Assembly (NCBI RefSeq): GCF_048593235.1
Contig: NC_133618.1
Location: forward strand, 257,449,882 to 257,513,881
Source of the DNA: Sminthopsis crassicaudata
Lineage: Eukaryota
DNA: 64,000 bases
Direction of reading: 5' to 3'
The position numbers were made by a program, and so were the translations under genes. Every line of letters begins with the position of its first letter. The stretch's first letter is position 1. The notes beneath the pieces were generated by a model. It saw only the letters and a program-made list of their open reading frames with translations, had not been told where the DNA came from and did no database searches. Shown here in pieces: positions 40,536 through 53,994 of this stretch.

Positions 40536-43500
40536 GTAAAATAAAAAGATTGAGCCAGATAATACTTAAAACCACTTCCAACTCTAAAATTCTAAGATTC
40601 CAGGTTAAAGGAAGCCACGCGTTCTACTAAGGAACCTTGTTTCCCTATTAGTTCTCCTCAGCATAGTAAGGTTCTAATATAGTAAAAACTAGACTATTCA
40701 TGAATTGTCCCAGGGCCAGAGTTGTAGAGCAAGGAAGGAAAATCTCTATCACCAGCTTAGCAGTATTTACCCAGCTGCTGTCTATCCAGTCTAGGAAAGG
40801 ATGTAATATACTCAGTCTTTGCAGAAAGAAACTTAAGGTTTCTAGTTTTGTCTTCACAAGTGTGTAAATGCAAGGGTATGATAAAAGTATTTGAAGAGAA
40901 CTGCTGCTTCTGAATGTTACATTTTAAGATTGCTCTGACCTCCTCACTTATCTGACCTTTTCTCTCTCCAGTTTTTTTTTTTGTTTTTTTTTTTCATTAA
41001 ATAATTCCCTGCGATCTCTCTCTTGGTTTGATCTCTGCCTCACGTCTCGCCCTATACCAATTCATCATACACACTGCCTCAAAAGGGATTTTCCTGCAGT
41101 ACAATCTGATTATGTCCCTCTCTACCCCCTCCCATCTTAATAAACTCCAGGTTTCCTGTTACTTCTAGGGTCAAATATAAACTCTTGTTTGGCATTTTAA
41201 AGTCCTGAACAACCTCATCCTTTCTCCCTCTCCAATCTTATCAGTCCCCTCCAAAGTCTTGAAGGTCCAGTTATAATGTCTTACTCTGCATTCTCCCACC
41301 CCTGTGCCTTTACCCTAGCTAGCCATCATGCTTGCTCTCCTTCTTGGTCTCATGTTTTCTTCAGGATTCAGTGCGAAGCCCCATCTTCTGCAGAGGCATT
41401 TTTACATAACTTTCCCATTAGAATGCATCATTTAGTCCAATTCCCTAAACCCTAATTTTACAGATGAAGCTAAGGTCCATTATTCCAGAGACGGGATGTA
41501 GGGTAGGGGGAAGGCAGGAAGGGAAGAGAGCGGGGAGAAGTGGGATGATGGTATAGAATCCTCTTGTGTCCTCTTCAGATCTTCCCAAGATCTACATATT
41601 TTTGCAAAGGAAGCCTACTACTGCAGTGGCTGTTTCAGAAGTCTATGACCTTCTCATGCTTCTTCCTAGTCTTAGGGCAAGACTTGTGAAAAAAGTCCTG
41701 GAATTTCTAAAAAACAGTTATGGGTCTAGTTCTGATTGATGAAACGCGGGATCTAAGGGTTCTTTCTCAAACCATTTCCTCGTTAGGCAAGCCCCTATCT
41801 GTCTCACCTTGCAAGATCAAAATCTCTTCCCTTCCCCCCTCCCCAAGCCCAAAGGTTGGTCTGGCATTAGAATATTTGATTGATGATTTCTGAGACAGGC
41901 TCTGCCTTCCCTCCTAGCTCTTGCCTACATCAGTGTGTATGTAAAGGACTGGATACCCATCACCTGAATGTAAATTATTTAGAGTCTATATGCTGAGTCA
42001 CTCACCAGAGGACAAATATTGTCCAAATAAATAATTAATTTAGCTAGCTGCAGTCCATTCCCAAGGTTGGTGCTGAATCTGGAATACTAATTGCATTACC
42101 TATCAACCGTTCCAGAGCAGTACTCTCTAAAGATACAGCACAGCCCTTTGTCCATGGTAGGTGTGCAAATTTCATTTGTGTTTCAGTTTCATTCCCTCTA
42201 GGCAAAAAGAAACAGAGAAACATGTGTCTAGGGGATTATTTGCCCCTAAAATCCTTAGATGGAGGTGAAAGGAAAAGTGCAGGGAATGAGCCAACCTTTC
42301 AATGACAGCAGCAGGATTCTGCAGTTGTTTAATAGTTTTTCTTGATCCTTCTTTCCTCTGCTTTTCTCCTCCCCACCCCCCAGCTTTGTGTACTCCACAG
42401 AAGCCTGAAGGTACCAAGGTAACAGGAGCCAGGCCAACACGCTGCATAGTGTACACAGACATGGGAAAAGAAGGCTCTCTGGCCATGAGCAGCCCACCTA
42501 GAAAGACAGCAGTGCCAAGTCTGGACTGGAGCTTTGGTGTGATTTGCAAACAAGCTAAACAACCACTTTCTCCATTTCTCTTCCTGCAAAACGGGCAAAA
42601 TAGTCCTCTCAAGCAGTAGGGGATGTAAGACTTTTCTCAATTAGGGAGCTTCACAAATGATGTACTGAAAAAGTCTATTGATAAAATAAAAACCAGTCAT
42701 AATGTTGACTCCTGGGTTCTTCAGGCCAAGTTACACTCCACTGTTATAAAGTGGAGGCAGGAGCTGCCTAATTTCTCAGTGTTCCTTTGAACTCCAAATT
42801 GTTGTACTTCCCTTGCATTCAATTTGTGTAATGGTTCCCTCCCTACCATACACAAACTCTATCTTCGGATTTCTCCTGGCCTCTGGCGGAGTGTCCTGCA
42901 CAGCTTAATTTTAAGCAGCATCCGCCACTTTGGCTGCTGGAAAGGTGTAGAGGAACAGGAAGTTTCCTAAACTCGGTGACCTGGGCCGGGAGGGTGGGAA
43001 TTCCGATGTGTACCGCTTACAGAGAGGGAGTTAAAAATAGCTTTCTTCGGAGGCTAGGCCACCACGGCCTAGTCCATTACAGCACGGATGACTTTAAAGA
43101 CCTACATAACGTGTTGGGGGGTGGGGTGAAACCTGCTTTCTATCCCGATGCTGCTAGTCTGGAACTAGGAATGTCACTACCCCTCCGAGAATTTCCTCCT
43201 CCAGCTATCTTTATCCTCGTATAGATCTAACGGCTGCCACCTCTATTACTCCAGTTGTAGAGGTCTAAGAGGGGTGGAGGTGGGAGATCTAAGAGCGGGG
43301 TGAAGGTGCCGGCCCGGAGCCTCCCCGCACCGGCCTTTTATTCTGTGCGCAGGGTGAAAGGGCATTGGCTCAGACAGCTTCTGCAATCCCTTTCTCGGTT
43401 TAGGTGTCCTCTATGCTTCTAGAAGATGGTGCGCGCGCGCGCGGGTGCGCGTGTATGTGCTCGCGCGCCCAAAGTGCAGAAAACCAGGAAATTACAACTT

Positions 43501-44072
43501 TTGGAAGAACAAGCGTTTTTTTGGTTTGTTTTTGTTTTTGAACAGTGGGCTTAAAAAGCAGTCTCAGCTCTAATTGTGTACAGTCTGCTGGAGTCCCCGC
43601 AAGGGACATTAGGGATGCAGGGCCCAAGATCAAGTTCTCCACGCCACGCACCTGCCACCTGAATTGTGACGCTAACGAAGCTTTACGCTTCTTTCAGGGG
43701 GATGGAAAAGCTGAGGAACACTTCCATTTTTTCCCGGGCCTTCGTTCCATGCAGGGTTCCGGCGCTCCTCGGACCCCCAGGAGCTAAACCCCTCTGGCTA
43801 AATCCAGGCGGAGAACACCCGCCGTCGCTCCCGGGCTAGGCCAACCTCCGGCTCAGAGGCAGTCTCCCCCCCGCCTTCGGTTGCCCAGGGCCACGCGACT
43901 CTACACAAACAGTCTCCAAGAGGGGCGCGGCCTCGGCCACCTTCCTCCGAGGAGCCTCAGGGACCCTGAAACAGAGCCCCCGCCCCCACAAGAACCCAGT
44001 ACCCACCCGCTCCACCCTTCAGCGCGCCTCCCGCTGCAGTGCGGCGGTTACTAAGACGCTAGCTACTATCAA

Positions 44073-44354
44073 CCAATAGCGTGAGGCTTTCGTCGGCCTC
44101 GCCTGAGTAGGCCAATGAAAAGATAAATCAATCATTTGAAACAGCCAGTGGAGGATGCACTGCAGCGCGAGGGGAGGCGTCCTGATAGGCAGACGTGAGA
44201 CCATCCTCCACCAATAAAGAAGGGGAATTGCCAGAAAGGCGGGAGTTGAAGCCTTAGATTGACAAGGTTGGAGCCAATAGTATATGAAAACATATGGCCT
44301 CGTTCTAGTTATCCAATAAATGGCGAGAGGAGGCGGGTGCTTATGGCTATATAA
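44073..44354 (+). promoter_or_regulatory. TUBB4B core promoter: five CCAAT boxes and TATATAA
   Basis: CCAAT at 44073, 44112, 44211, 44274 and 44313; TATATAA at 44348-44354, about 90 nt before the ATG. Confidence 0.8.
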
Positions 44355-44443
44355 GAGTTCGGCAAACGTCGGTTGCAGCAGTCTGCGCGCCCGATCTTTT
44401 TCCGCTTCTGTTTGTGTTTCTCTCAGTTGCCGCAGCCGTTACC

Positions 44444-44500
44444 ATGAGGGAGATCGTGCACCTCCAGGCCGGGCAATGCGGCAACCAGATCGGCGCAAAG
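44444..44500 (+). CDS. TUBB4B: TUBB4B exon 1 (MREIVHLQAGQCGNQIGAK)
   Basis: accATG start, donor GTGAGC. Confidence 0.98.
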
Positions 44501-44972
44501 GTGAGCGGCAGTGGTCTAGGTGGGAAGGCTCTCGGAACATTGGAGCCGGCCCTGGGGATCGCTGAGGGCGGCGGCACCGGGAAAGATGGCGCCGGGAGGG
44601 TCTGAGCCACCTCCGCATTGCGGAGAGGGGACTCTGCAGCGCTTCGGGTCCGCTTGAAGAGAATGCGGAGAGGGAAGTGCTGAGTGTGATGGGGGGTGGG
44701 GGTTCGCGATCCCCGAGCTTCCCCGGCTTCTTAAGCTTCCGGGCCCATCCCTGGGTGAGGCCCCGTGGGGAAAGCGGGGCGGGGATGGAGGAGAGGAAGG
44801 AGGGAGCGAGGGAGGGAGGGTAGGGAAGAGCTGGACCGGGACTTGGCCTGGGCCTCTTCTTCGCCCGCGCGGAGCCCGCCCGGGGCGTGGCCGGCTCCGC
44901 CCTCCGCAGCGCCGCACCGGCTTGCACCGCCTAGCCGGCGTCAGTGACTCAGGGTTAGCTCTGCGTGATTGA

Positions 44973-45170
<198 letters not shown>

Positions 45171-45227
45171 TGAGGGCTGGGCCTTTCCGTTTTCCTGGGC
45201 TGCCTGGCTCAGCAGGCCTCTGACTAA

Positions 45228-45365
<138 letters not shown>

Positions 45366-46106
45366 TGATTACATAGGAAAAAAACAATGTTCCTTCCTCT
45401 TTTTAATTGAGCTATCAAAGCCACTTTGGGGAGCTGCTGGGTGGAGTCCCTATCTTTTGATCTTCAGTTCAGGTTATTTGGGGAGAGGAATTGGCACTGG
45501 TTTCCCAGGTACCTGGCAACAAGCAGCATGACTCAATCTCTTCTCATCTCCCCATAACCCCCCCCCCCCTTTACATTTAAAGAAGTCATAGAATACTAAT
45601 ACTAGAAGAGACTGTAACAGAGAATCAGTTTCTCACATGCTGGATGAAAATTTAGGGGTCTTTGAAATGCCAGTATTAGCTTGATAGCTGGATTTGTCGT
45701 TTGTTTCTCTAGCACTTTGACATGGGCACTTCTGGTTGAGGAAGCACAGGGTCTTTGGGTTCTTTACATCAATAGGCATTTTATTGAGATGCTTATTAAA
45801 GTGACTGAAGAAACTGGTTACTGGTACCTTAACTCTTGTGTTGGGGGGGGTGAAGGTGGTCAGACTTAAAGTCTTTTGACCTAATGTGTCATGTCAGTAA
45901 TTTCATCACCAAATTGTGTGTTTTTAGTTTTGTTTTTATTATTTAAAGTGATGGTTAACCATATTGATTTAAAGTGGGTTTTTAAATTTTTTTTCTGAAC
46001 TTTAGTTCTTAAGAATTGAAACCCTGATAATACTTGGGATATATTTCTTGAGAGATAAGAGTTGGGGGGTGTGGGAGGGATGTTGTTAAAGAGTTGTGGA
46101 TGGTAG

Positions 46107-47222
<1,116 letters not shown>

Positions 47223-47273
47223 AGCTGTGCATCAGTTACTCTGTAAATTATGTTGAAAGCTGTATGAACTCTT

Positions 47274-47279
47274 TTTATT
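47274..47279 (-). terminator. CIMIP2A poly(A) signal AATAAA (minus strand), inside the TUBB4B 3'UTR
   Basis: + strand TTTATT; first AATAAA/ATTAAA hexamer 3' of the CIMIP2A stop on the minus strand. Confidence 0.65.
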
Positions 47280-47373
47280 CACTCACAAACTTGTTTTTCT
47301 GATGTTCATGTCTCGCGTTCTGCACTTGCTGTTTTCCTGTTCTTTGACATCAAAATGCTGTACAGATAACACC

Positions 47374-47379
47374 ATTAAA
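47374..47379 (+). terminator. TUBB4B poly(A) signal ATTAAA with downstream GU-rich element
   Basis: About 150 nt after the stop, followed by tgcattgtttcgtctcttctgttc; overlaps the CIMIP2A stop codon. Confidence 0.75.
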
Positions 47380-47475
47380 GCATTTTTCGTAGTGCATTGT
47401 TTCGTCTCTTCTGTTCATTTCGATAAGCTTTGCGAGTACTGCTGCCAAATGTTAAACCATAAGTCTCTCTCAAAG
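47375..47475 (-). CDS. CIMIP2A: CIMIP2A exon 7 (TLRETYGLTFGSSTRKAYRNEQKRRNNALRKML*)
   Basis: Acceptor ctcttttacAG; YGLTFGSSTRKAY matches the FAM166A C-terminus; TAA at 47377-47375. Confidence 0.9.
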
Positions 47476-48413
47476 CTGTAAAAGAGCAGAATATGGACTG
47501 AAGAGATGATTGGTGAAATGTCAGGCTTCTTAGAACAAAATGAGTTTCTGTGGCTTTCTGTTTTAATTGCCTGGGAGTTACCTAATAAAATGGCTGTTTT
47601 CCCTTTAGGGGAGGAACTGAAATGGTCATTAGTGGTGAATAAATAAGCTTTTAGCTAATGGCAACTAGACCTACATTTCTTTGAAGATTTTAAAAGCCTC
47701 TTAAAATTTACACAAGCATTATGGCTTTAAGGTTACCACATGGGCCTTAATTAACTGGCAAAATTTTTGTTTTAGGCTTTCCCATGCTTAAGCCAATGCC
47801 ATAGTTTGCCATCAAGATTATAGTTCTGAATGTTAGCCTACATTTGTTAACCACATGTAAATTTGCAGCCACCTGCAAAGTTTGTATCTGCCTCTTGGCT
47901 GTTACTGACACCAAAAAACTTAGTGGGTATCAAGCTTGAGTTACAAGTAAAGGATCACTTTACAATAAACCTACATCTATGATTATATTGAGTGACAAAG
48001 CTACCTAAGTCATGCTAAGTTTTTAGAAACACTATATTCTAAAGATTAATGTATTAATACCAGTCAGATATTTAGTATACTGATAAGCAAAACTGCTTGG
48101 CCTTGCAGGGGGAAATCTAACCCATACTACAATTTATGAGAATCAGTTTAAATATCACACAGAATCAGTGCAAACACCACAGCTAAGGATATTAAATAGT
48201 TTTTTGTCCTCCAAAGGTGGTGTCTAGGGGGCTATATCTGGTATTCAAATAAAAGAAAATGGTTTTAAAAGGTGCTCGGTAATACTGGGAAGGTGCCTGG
48301 ATCAAAAGCCTTTTTAGAAAATTACCTTTAATTTCCAACTACTAATAGGCACAAGTTCGTGCACTCTTATATAACTTATTTTTCTCAATGCTTGTCATTT
48401 TAGGTATAACTTA

Positions 48414-48554
<141 letters not shown>

Positions 48555-49811
48555 TTACTTGCAAATGCAGAGGCTTTTTTACGCATTAATAACTATTAAA
48601 AAAAGCCAACATAATTAAGCTTAACTTGCCTGCCTTTTGGTAAATTGTGTTTCCTGGCTTTGTGTAAATGATAACTTGACATTAACATTTCTTTTTTACT
48701 CCCAAGGCTTATTGGTGCCAGATTCCTATCAGTCTGAGGAAACAACTAAAAGGCAGCCTATAGAATGCTCTCACCCTTTCTGGCAGTACATTGATGTTTA
48801 TCAGGTTGGAATCTCACCATCCTGCCAAATGGGAGGACAATCAAGAGTGGTGCTTAGGCCCCATTGTTAGTGGGCACCAGGTGCCTGATGGTGTCAGATG
48901 ATGCAAGGCCTCTAAGAATTAAATTTCTGTTCAGGTGCCATCTAGGAAGCACAGTCATCCTCTAGAGTTTAGAAAAGGAGGGTGGGAGTGCTACAAAAGT
49001 AAGGGCTTGTTAGTCCTACGGAATCAGGTGAATGAATTAGCTGGGAAGAGGAAGAAAGGGGTGGGTTATGGGAGTTTGTCTTATGCCTACAGGATTTAAG
49101 ACTTGGGGGAAAGGAGCAACGATGTGAAACATACAGCTTCTACTTCTGATGTTAGCCTGTACAGTCTCTGTTTTGGGTGCCCTACTCCTGTCCTGTCTAC
49201 CTAGTACAGGCCATGTTCTAATTAGCCTTTGACTCTGGCAGGGAATCTGTAAAGTTATTTCTCCTCCCCTCCCCACCCAGGTTTTCCTACAAGTTAATGC
49301 TCTCGTTCCTCAATTCCACATATTACCCCCTTTACTTCTCTGCTACACCTTAACAATTTCCTCCCCACCAGGGTGGAATCTTGTCTGGGTTCTCACATTT
49401 AGAAAGTTTTTCCTCTCTCTGTTGTCTTTAGAGGAACATTTAGAGGCCAAGCAACACTCAGCAACTCCCTGATGGGTGCTTTTGCAGCCTCTGTAGTAAC
49501 CAACATTTCAGAAAATGTTTTAACCTTAGCTAAACCTCTATTGCTCAAACTCATTGGGGAGGAGGAAGGGCACACAGCTTTCCCACCTCAGAGAATGGTG
49601 AGAAAATAAGATCTTTTAAACATATTCCTCAAGTTTAGAGTCTTCCAAGGCAGATTAAATCTGTTACTCTAGCTGCTGTCTCATCCGTGAGCTAGCTTCA
49701 GATTGAGAGCAGGAATATCAAAATGAACAGCAGAGTTTTTAGCACCATTCCCTTTAAAAGTAGCCCCTAACTTTCCCAAAAAGAAATTCGATGTGCTTGC
49801 TAAAACCAGTG

Positions 49812-49812
<1 letters not shown>

Positions 49813-49845
<33 letters not shown>

Positions 49846-49980
49846 AGGCAATTGGGGTTAAGTGATTTGCCCAGGGTTACACAAGCTACTAAGAGTTAAG
49901 CATTAAATGGCTGAGGCCACATTAGAACTTGGGTCTTCCTAACTCCAGAACCAATGTTCTATCCAGTGTGCTACCTAGTT
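49813..49980 (-). mobile_element. WSINE1-type SINE with a 32-nt poly(A) tail (T32 on +), in a CIMIP2A intron
   Basis: T32 followed by GAGGCAATTGGGGTTAAGTGATTTGCCCAGGG. Confidence 0.8.
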
Positions 49981-50282
49981 CTCACCCCTCCTCCCCAGTT
50001 CGTAGTCTCTAAGGAGACTAGCATTCCCACAGTTGTGTCACTGACACAAATGGGGGGAGGGAGATTTTGCTGTGTTCTCAGGGAGGCCAGCAGGGAGCTC
50101 AAGGTCCAGAGGGAAATGTGCTTGCAGTCCCTTGTCACTCTTCAAGGCTGTTTGCTTTTGTCTTGGACAATTTTTCCTGTCCTTTGTTTTGTCATTTCCT
50201 TGTTCTCAGAACCTTAAGTCTCATCTTATCCCATTTAACAGAGTGGCACTACAAGGAGCTCAATGACTCTCAACTAGGTCTA

Positions 50283-50450
<168 letters not shown>

Positions 50451-50689
50451 TTAGCAACTGACTGGAATGTCTTTTAACTTGGTGAGAAGTTTTAAATTTT
50501 TCATATCCTACTAGATGTATTCTACCCTGCGATTCTTGACCCATTAGGACTCCCCCCTCCCCTGTGTGGCAGGACAATGGTATGAAAAGAGTGAAGGACT
50601 CTTTTTTTGGCCCTTCTTCATATCCCAAGGGCTTAGCCCAGTGCCTGGCACATAGAAAGTCCTTAATAATGGCTTGTTGACTGTCTAGG

Positions 50690-50860
50690 AGTCAGGAGAC
50701 TAGGGTTTGAGTCCTGGCTTTGCCATTTGCCAGCTGTATGACCTTGGGCAACTTTAGATTCTCTGAGCCTCAGTTTCCTTAGCTGTAAGACCAGAGTGTT
50801 CCCACTATTCACCTCCCGGGCTCTGTGAGGAGGAAATGTATGTGAAGATGTGTAATGTGG
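50690..50860 (+). mobile_element. MIR SINE
   Basis: GGAGTCAGGAGACTAGGGTTTGAGTCCTGGCTTTGCC..CCTCAGTTTCCTTAGCTGTAA. Confidence 0.7.
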
Positions 50861-51600
50861 GGATGTAGTATGTTTGTTGGTAAGCCTCAGTGCTGTCTGA
50901 CAGAATGCTAGGGACATGTACAGGAGAAAGGGAAGGTTTTGTTCAGATGTTGCTTTCCCTGTTGCACAGTTAGCCCCTTGGCCCTTTGGGTGGGGTCTGA
51001 GCATCTCTCTCAGCATAGCTGTCACAGTCCTGTGTGAAGGAATCTGGCTTCAATGTCATTACTCTCGGGAGCCAGGCAAGCAGGCAGGTGGGCAAGGGTG
51101 ACCCCCACATAACCGCCAGGAGGGGTTTGGCTTCCAGCAGGACCACTTTCATCTTCCTTCTTGAGCCATCTCTCTCCCTTTCATTTACTGGCATAGTTTT
51201 GAACTCTGGAGTTCCATGGAGTATGACAGTGGACTTTGTATCTTGCCTGTCTCTACAGTGTGGGAAAGGAGGTAGCTGGGGCCTATGCTTTGGGTCTGTT
51301 CCAGGTGTTCCTTTGAGGTCCCTCTGATACCCACCTCTGACGGCAGAGGCTCAGAGGGCACGGGAGCAATGAGCTAAGTGGAGGCAAGGCTGAAGCCTGA
51401 AGGAATGAATGCCAAGGGAGAGAAAAAAAAATCTAACTTAGAATCAGACTCTGAAAGGATCAGATAAACAAATACCTCATTTTACAGGTAAGACACTGGA
51501 GGCCCAGAGAGGTGAAGGTACTTGCCCCAAAAGTCTCAATGAGTTTGTGGCAGAACCAGGACTGAAACCCAGTCATGGCTTCTGGGCTCCGGCCACCCAC

Positions 51601-51727
51601 CCGAGATGGCTTTGTGCTGGATCAGGTTGGGCGTGTATAGCTTGGGAAGCTTCTCAAACCTGCCGACCTCTAGTGCATCTGTCTGGGGAGGTGGAAGGGG
51701 CTCCACATCTTTCCGGGGCTGGTACAA
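51601..51727 (-). CDS. CIMIP2A: CIMIP2A exon 4 ([30 protein letters not shown])
   Basis: 127 nt, AG/GT boundaries. Confidence 0.92.
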
Positions 51728-51843
51728 CTAGAACAAGGAGGACAGAGCTCAAGTCACCTCCTGAGCTGGCTGAGTAGCCATGCTGTCCCAGCCCCTCCCC
51801 CACTTTGGTCCAATGAGTGCTGACAGGGGCCAACCCACGGTAC

Positions 51844-52426
<583 letters not shown>

Positions 52427-52910
52427 TCAGCGGAAGGAAGGTGGGTACAGGGATGCTGTCGCGGCCGCCAGGGAGACAAGGAGAGGGAGTTTCCCAAGGG
52501 GACCCAGTCCAAACGTCAAAGCCATGATTCCCTCTGTGGGGGCAGGAAATGAGTCCCAGGTTGGGAGAAGAGAATAGCAGTCAATACAAGGATCTCATTC
52601 ATTCTGAGATGTCAGAAAGAGCTGAAGGTGGACTAGGGAAGGCAGGGCGAAGTTCTGTGTGGGGTGTACCTCACCAGAATCTTTCCCAGGGCTTCTCAGC
52701 CACATTACTGCTCTGTTCCAGAATGCTTATCAGCCGGTCCCCAACCCATCCCCACCCACCCTCATCCCCTCGCCCCAGGTTTCTGAACTTCCTGAAATTC
52801 CCCACCAGGCATCTCCCTGGCCCAGGGCACCCCAGTCTCCAACCTCCAAACTCCTGGGCCCTCTGCCCTTAACCTCAGTACTCAAACAGAGGCCGTGATA
52901 GAGTTCTCAC

Positions 52911-52966
52911 CCAGGAATATAGTGTGGCTCCGGTGTGAAAAGGCTGTGATTCTTAGTTGCTATCAT
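52911..52966 (-). CDS. CIMIP2A: CIMIP2A exon 1 (MIATKNHSLFTPEPHYIPG)
   Basis: 56 nt, acaATG, donor GTGAGA; FTPEPHY matches the FAM166A N-terminus as recalled. Confidence 0.9.
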
Positions 52967-53037
52967 TGTAACCCCAGTAAATCCTGAACTGGGGCCAGCT
53001 TGGCCAGGACATCAAACTCTTCTCCTCAGAGGAAACT

Positions 53038-53051
53038 GTTACCTGGACAAC
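53038..53051. promoter_or_regulatory. Candidate RFX X-box upstream of CIMIP2A
   Basis: GTTACCTGGACAAC (reverse complement GTTGTCCAGGTAAC), an imperfect palindrome 72 bp upstream of the ATG. Confidence 0.45.
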
Positions 53052-53994
53052 CATTGTGAAGAGATGGTACCAAGGCCAGAAATAATTTCTAAAAGCCTGA
53101 TGCTTTCCCTTACCCCAGATACTCAAGACTTGGACTTGGACCTGCCAGGTGTGCTGGTTTAGCCTTTATGCCTGTTTCAAGGCCCTCCTGCCTTAATCTT
53201 AGCCCCCAATTTTCCATAGCCACCTGAAAACTCAAAATTTGATTTTTTTCCCCTTTCCTTCTTGATTTCTCCTTGTACCAGGTTAAGGAATCACAAATCT
53301 CCTAATAGCTTTGGTCAGAGATTAATTAGGTAGCCCCATCCAACATACCCCTATCTTCCTTGCTCATTTACCATATGGTTTCTATCTCAAAGTCAAACCT
53401 CTGACTAGTGGGAAATGTACAGTACCTTGGTAGATGACATCTATCTCTATCCAGCAATAATTTAGGTTTTGTGATCAAGGATCTGCCATAACCAAATTAT
53501 TCATTTCTCTTCCAAGAAGTCTTCCTTTGACTGTTCTGCTCCATTTTTAACTCAACTTTTTCTGGATTTTCTCTCCACCATCGCTTACTATATACAGCAT
53601 AGTATCTTGTATTGTTTTGTGTTTTAAATTGTGGTTTTGGCAAACATTTTGCTATTATCATTGCAAGAGCACTAGATTTCCAGTCATATCCTGAGCACAA
53701 ACTCTTGATACTTATAATGATGACGTTGGGCATATCACTCCAGTAGGCTTCAGTTACTTCATCTGTTAAAACAATGGAATTGGCCCATTAATATTTAAAT
53801 TCCATGACGCTGTATTTAGATTTCAAGCCCCCAGTAGGCAGAAGACTGTGGGGGTTTTTTTTTTTTTGGTTTTTTTTTTTTGCCAAAGAGATATATTTTG
53901 GTGCTTTGCAATCATAGCAAACTAATCTGATTTTGTGTTGTTCCCTTTTCTCCATACCTATCCTTATGTTAAAAGGACAAATGAGTATGTTTTA

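Noticed and set aside
43052-43074. 9-bp stem-loop GGCTAGGCC-ACCAC-GGCCTAGTC
   Set aside because: Short enough to arise by chance in 64 kb; no snoRNA boxes or Pol III signals found around it.
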